Below, in pieces: positions 62,400 to 64,000 of a DNA stretch of 64,000 nt. Location of the stretch: positions 35,094 to 99,093 of the forward strand of contig CAMDNW010000001.1 of assembly GCA_945903275.1 (NCBI GenBank), read 5' to 3'. Position 1 is the first letter of the stretch. Each line of letters begins with the position of its first letter. The position numbers and the translations under genes are program-made. This DNA comes from Thermoflexus hugenholtzii JAD2 (GTDB lineage: Bacteria; Chloroflexota; Dehalococcoidia; UBA2979). The notes beneath the pieces are model-generated. The model had not been told where the DNA came from. It made no database searches and saw only the letters and a list, made by a program, of their open reading frames with translations.

Positions 62400-63365
62400 T
62401 CAGCCGCCGAGTTGCGAGCCGGCCAATGCGGGGTCACCATGCAGATAATCTTCGATATCGAGCGCACGTTTCCCCGCGCGTTGTACGCGCAGCAACGCGA
62501 GTGCCCCATCGCCGCAGGCGACAAGCGCGCGGGCGGTACGGCCCGGGAGCAGCGGCGTCAACGGTGAGCCGTCACCGAGAGCGACTGTTCCCGGGGCGGC
62601 ATCGAACCGTATCTCTAACGGCCACGCCTCATGCACGGTGAAGGCCGTGCCGCCGTGCGTGGTGGTGGCGAGTGGCCACGGGTGGAACGCCCGCACGCGC
62701 CGCCAGACAGCCTCGGCGGAGGCGTGCCAATCGAGGATGCCGTCGGCCTTGGTGAGCCTCGGAGCGTAGGTCGCGAGTGCTTCGTCCTGCTGCGTTGTGG
62801 TGAGTTCGCCGCGCACCCAGTGTGGCAGCACAGCCAGCATCTCGCGTGCGCCGATAACAGCGATGCGATCGGTGAGCGAGCCAGCGGTGTCCAGCGGGCC
62901 AATGGGCGTGGTGACCGTGGAGACGATTGGCCCGCCATCGAGCGCGCGTACGACGCGCATGATCGACGCGCCGGTCATCGCGTCGCCTGTAAGGATCGCG
63001 GCAGTGATCGGCGATGCGCCGCGGTGCCTCGGCAGTAACGAGGCGTGTACGTTCAGGACGCCGTGGGGGAACGCCGCGAGCAGGTGCTCGGGCAGGATGT
63101 GTCCCGACGCGGCGAGCACGCCCACATCCGGGTGCAACGCGGCGAGCGCCATTGTGATGTCGCGGCGGATGCGCTCCGGCTCGAATGTCACGATCCCCGC
63201 CTCGTGTGCGAGCGCGCCGATAGGCGTCGGCTCGGGCGCACCGCTCCGGCCGCGGGGCCGCGCAGGTTGCGTCACGACCGCGACGACTTCGATGTTGGGT
63301 GCGCCGAGCAGGCCGCGTAGCATCGGCAGGGCGTAGTCGGGTGATCCAAAGAAGACGACACGCAT
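62400..63365 (-). CDS. fmt: Methionyl-tRNA formyltransferase
   Basis: FFGSP, VVTQP, NVHASLLPRHRGASPI, LDGG. Confidence 0.96.
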   Translation of the reverse strand: MRVVFFGSPDYALPMLRGLLGAPNIEVVAVVTQPARPRGRSGAPEPTPIGALAHEAGIVTFEPERIRRDITMALAALHPDVGVLAASGHILPEHLLAAFPHGVLNVHASLLPRHRGASPITAAILTGDAMTGASIMRVVRALDGGPIVSTVTTPIGPLDTAGSLTDRIAVIGAREMLAVLPHWVRGELTTTQQDEALATYAPRLTKADGILDWHASAEAVWRRVRAFHPWPLATTTHGGTAFTVHEAWPLEIRFDAAPGTVALGDGSPLTPLLPGRTARALVACGDGALALLRVQRAGKRALDIEDYLHGDPALAGSQLGG

Positions 63366-63392
63366 GTAGTGATGGTACGGGTGGGGACCCGG

Positions 63393-64000
63393 TCAGCGCT
63401 TCTCACGGGCAATGTGCCACTCGTGCACGCCCGTGAACCGGCTTGCTGGTTCGAAGAGCACGCTGGCCGAGCCGCCCGTGAGGTTACGAGGCTGCACGTA
63501 CAGCCGCCGCGAGTAGTGCAGCACCACGCTCGGCGCTAGATCGGCGTAGCGCGCCTGCCAGCGCATGTAGAGGTCTTTGCGCTCGGCGGTGTCGAGTGTC
63601 AGCCGCGCCTGTTCGAGCAGCCGGTCGGCCTCGAGGTCATGGAACCCCGCGACGTTGCGGCCACCGGAGGCGATCTGCGAGGTGTGCCAGCCGCCGTACG
63701 GGTCGGGATCGACATCGGCCTGCCAGCCGAAGAGTAATAGGTCGTATTCGCGGTTGTTGATGTGGCGGCCCAACAGTTCGCTCGGCGACAGCGCGCGCAC
63801 GGTGGCCTCGACGCCGAATCCGCGCAGTTGCGCCGCGATGGCCTCCGCCAGTGTCACGCGCTGGGGGTCGTCGTTGGTGAGCAGCTCTAGGCGCAATATC
63901 TTCCCGTCGCGCTGCAACGGCCCGCTGGCGACGCGACGCCATCCGGCGGCGATGAACAGCGCCTCAGCCTGCGCGCGCGTGGCCCAGCCGCCCGGGGCGT
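63393..64000 (-). CDS. Peptide ABC substrate-binding protein, 3' part (runs off window end)
   Basis: GWQADVDPDPYGGWHTSQ...NVAGF...DRLLEQAR family-5 SBP C-terminus. Confidence 0.85.
   Translation of the reverse strand, partial: APGGWATRAQAEALFIAAGWRRVASGPLQRDGKILRLELLTNDDPQRVTLAEAIAAQLRGFGVEATVRALSPSELLGRHINNREYDLLLFGWQADVDPDPYGGWHTSQIASGGRNVAGFHDLEADRLLEQARLTLDTAERKDLYMRWQARYADLAPSVVLHYSRRLYVQPRNLTGGSASVLFEPASRFTGVHEWHIAREKR

Overview
GC-rich bacterial chromosomal segment made up mostly of housekeeping genes. Gene style (FtsZ C-tail DLPTFLRR, class II RNR, class F sortase, Thr/Pro-rich lipoproteins, no outer-membrane genes) suggests an aerobic Chloroflexota, probably Dehalococcoidia-like; this taxonomy is inference. 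In order: a partial radical-SAM gene and a small decaying region; nrdR-nrdJ; a dcw cluster (mraZ-rsmH-ftsL-ftsI-murF-mraY-murD-ftsW-murG-murC-ddl-ftsQ-ftsA-ftsZ); mog-trmD-rplS; priA-def-yajC-secD-secF; HDAC; hemW; sortase F; aspS; a peptide ABC transporter; tig-clpP-clpX-tlyA-nadK; a TCA cluster (mycobacterial Sdh1-type sdhCAB, fumC, mdh, icd, carboxyltransferase); LysM and M28 lipoproteins; hydantoinase/oxoprolinase; rplY, rlmN and fmt. I saw no rRNA, tRNA, CRISPR array or mobile element, and no clearly new multi-gene system. The most unusual signals are: SecF with an SH3b-like insertion; FtsZ with two plausible starts and a 127-aa extension; ten genes with a leaderless -10 signature; a structured nrdR-nrdJ spacer with an SOS-like box; an RBS-sequestering leader with a mini-uORF; a CTG-initiated mdh; a Cys-less transglutaminase-like protein; and several pseudogenes.
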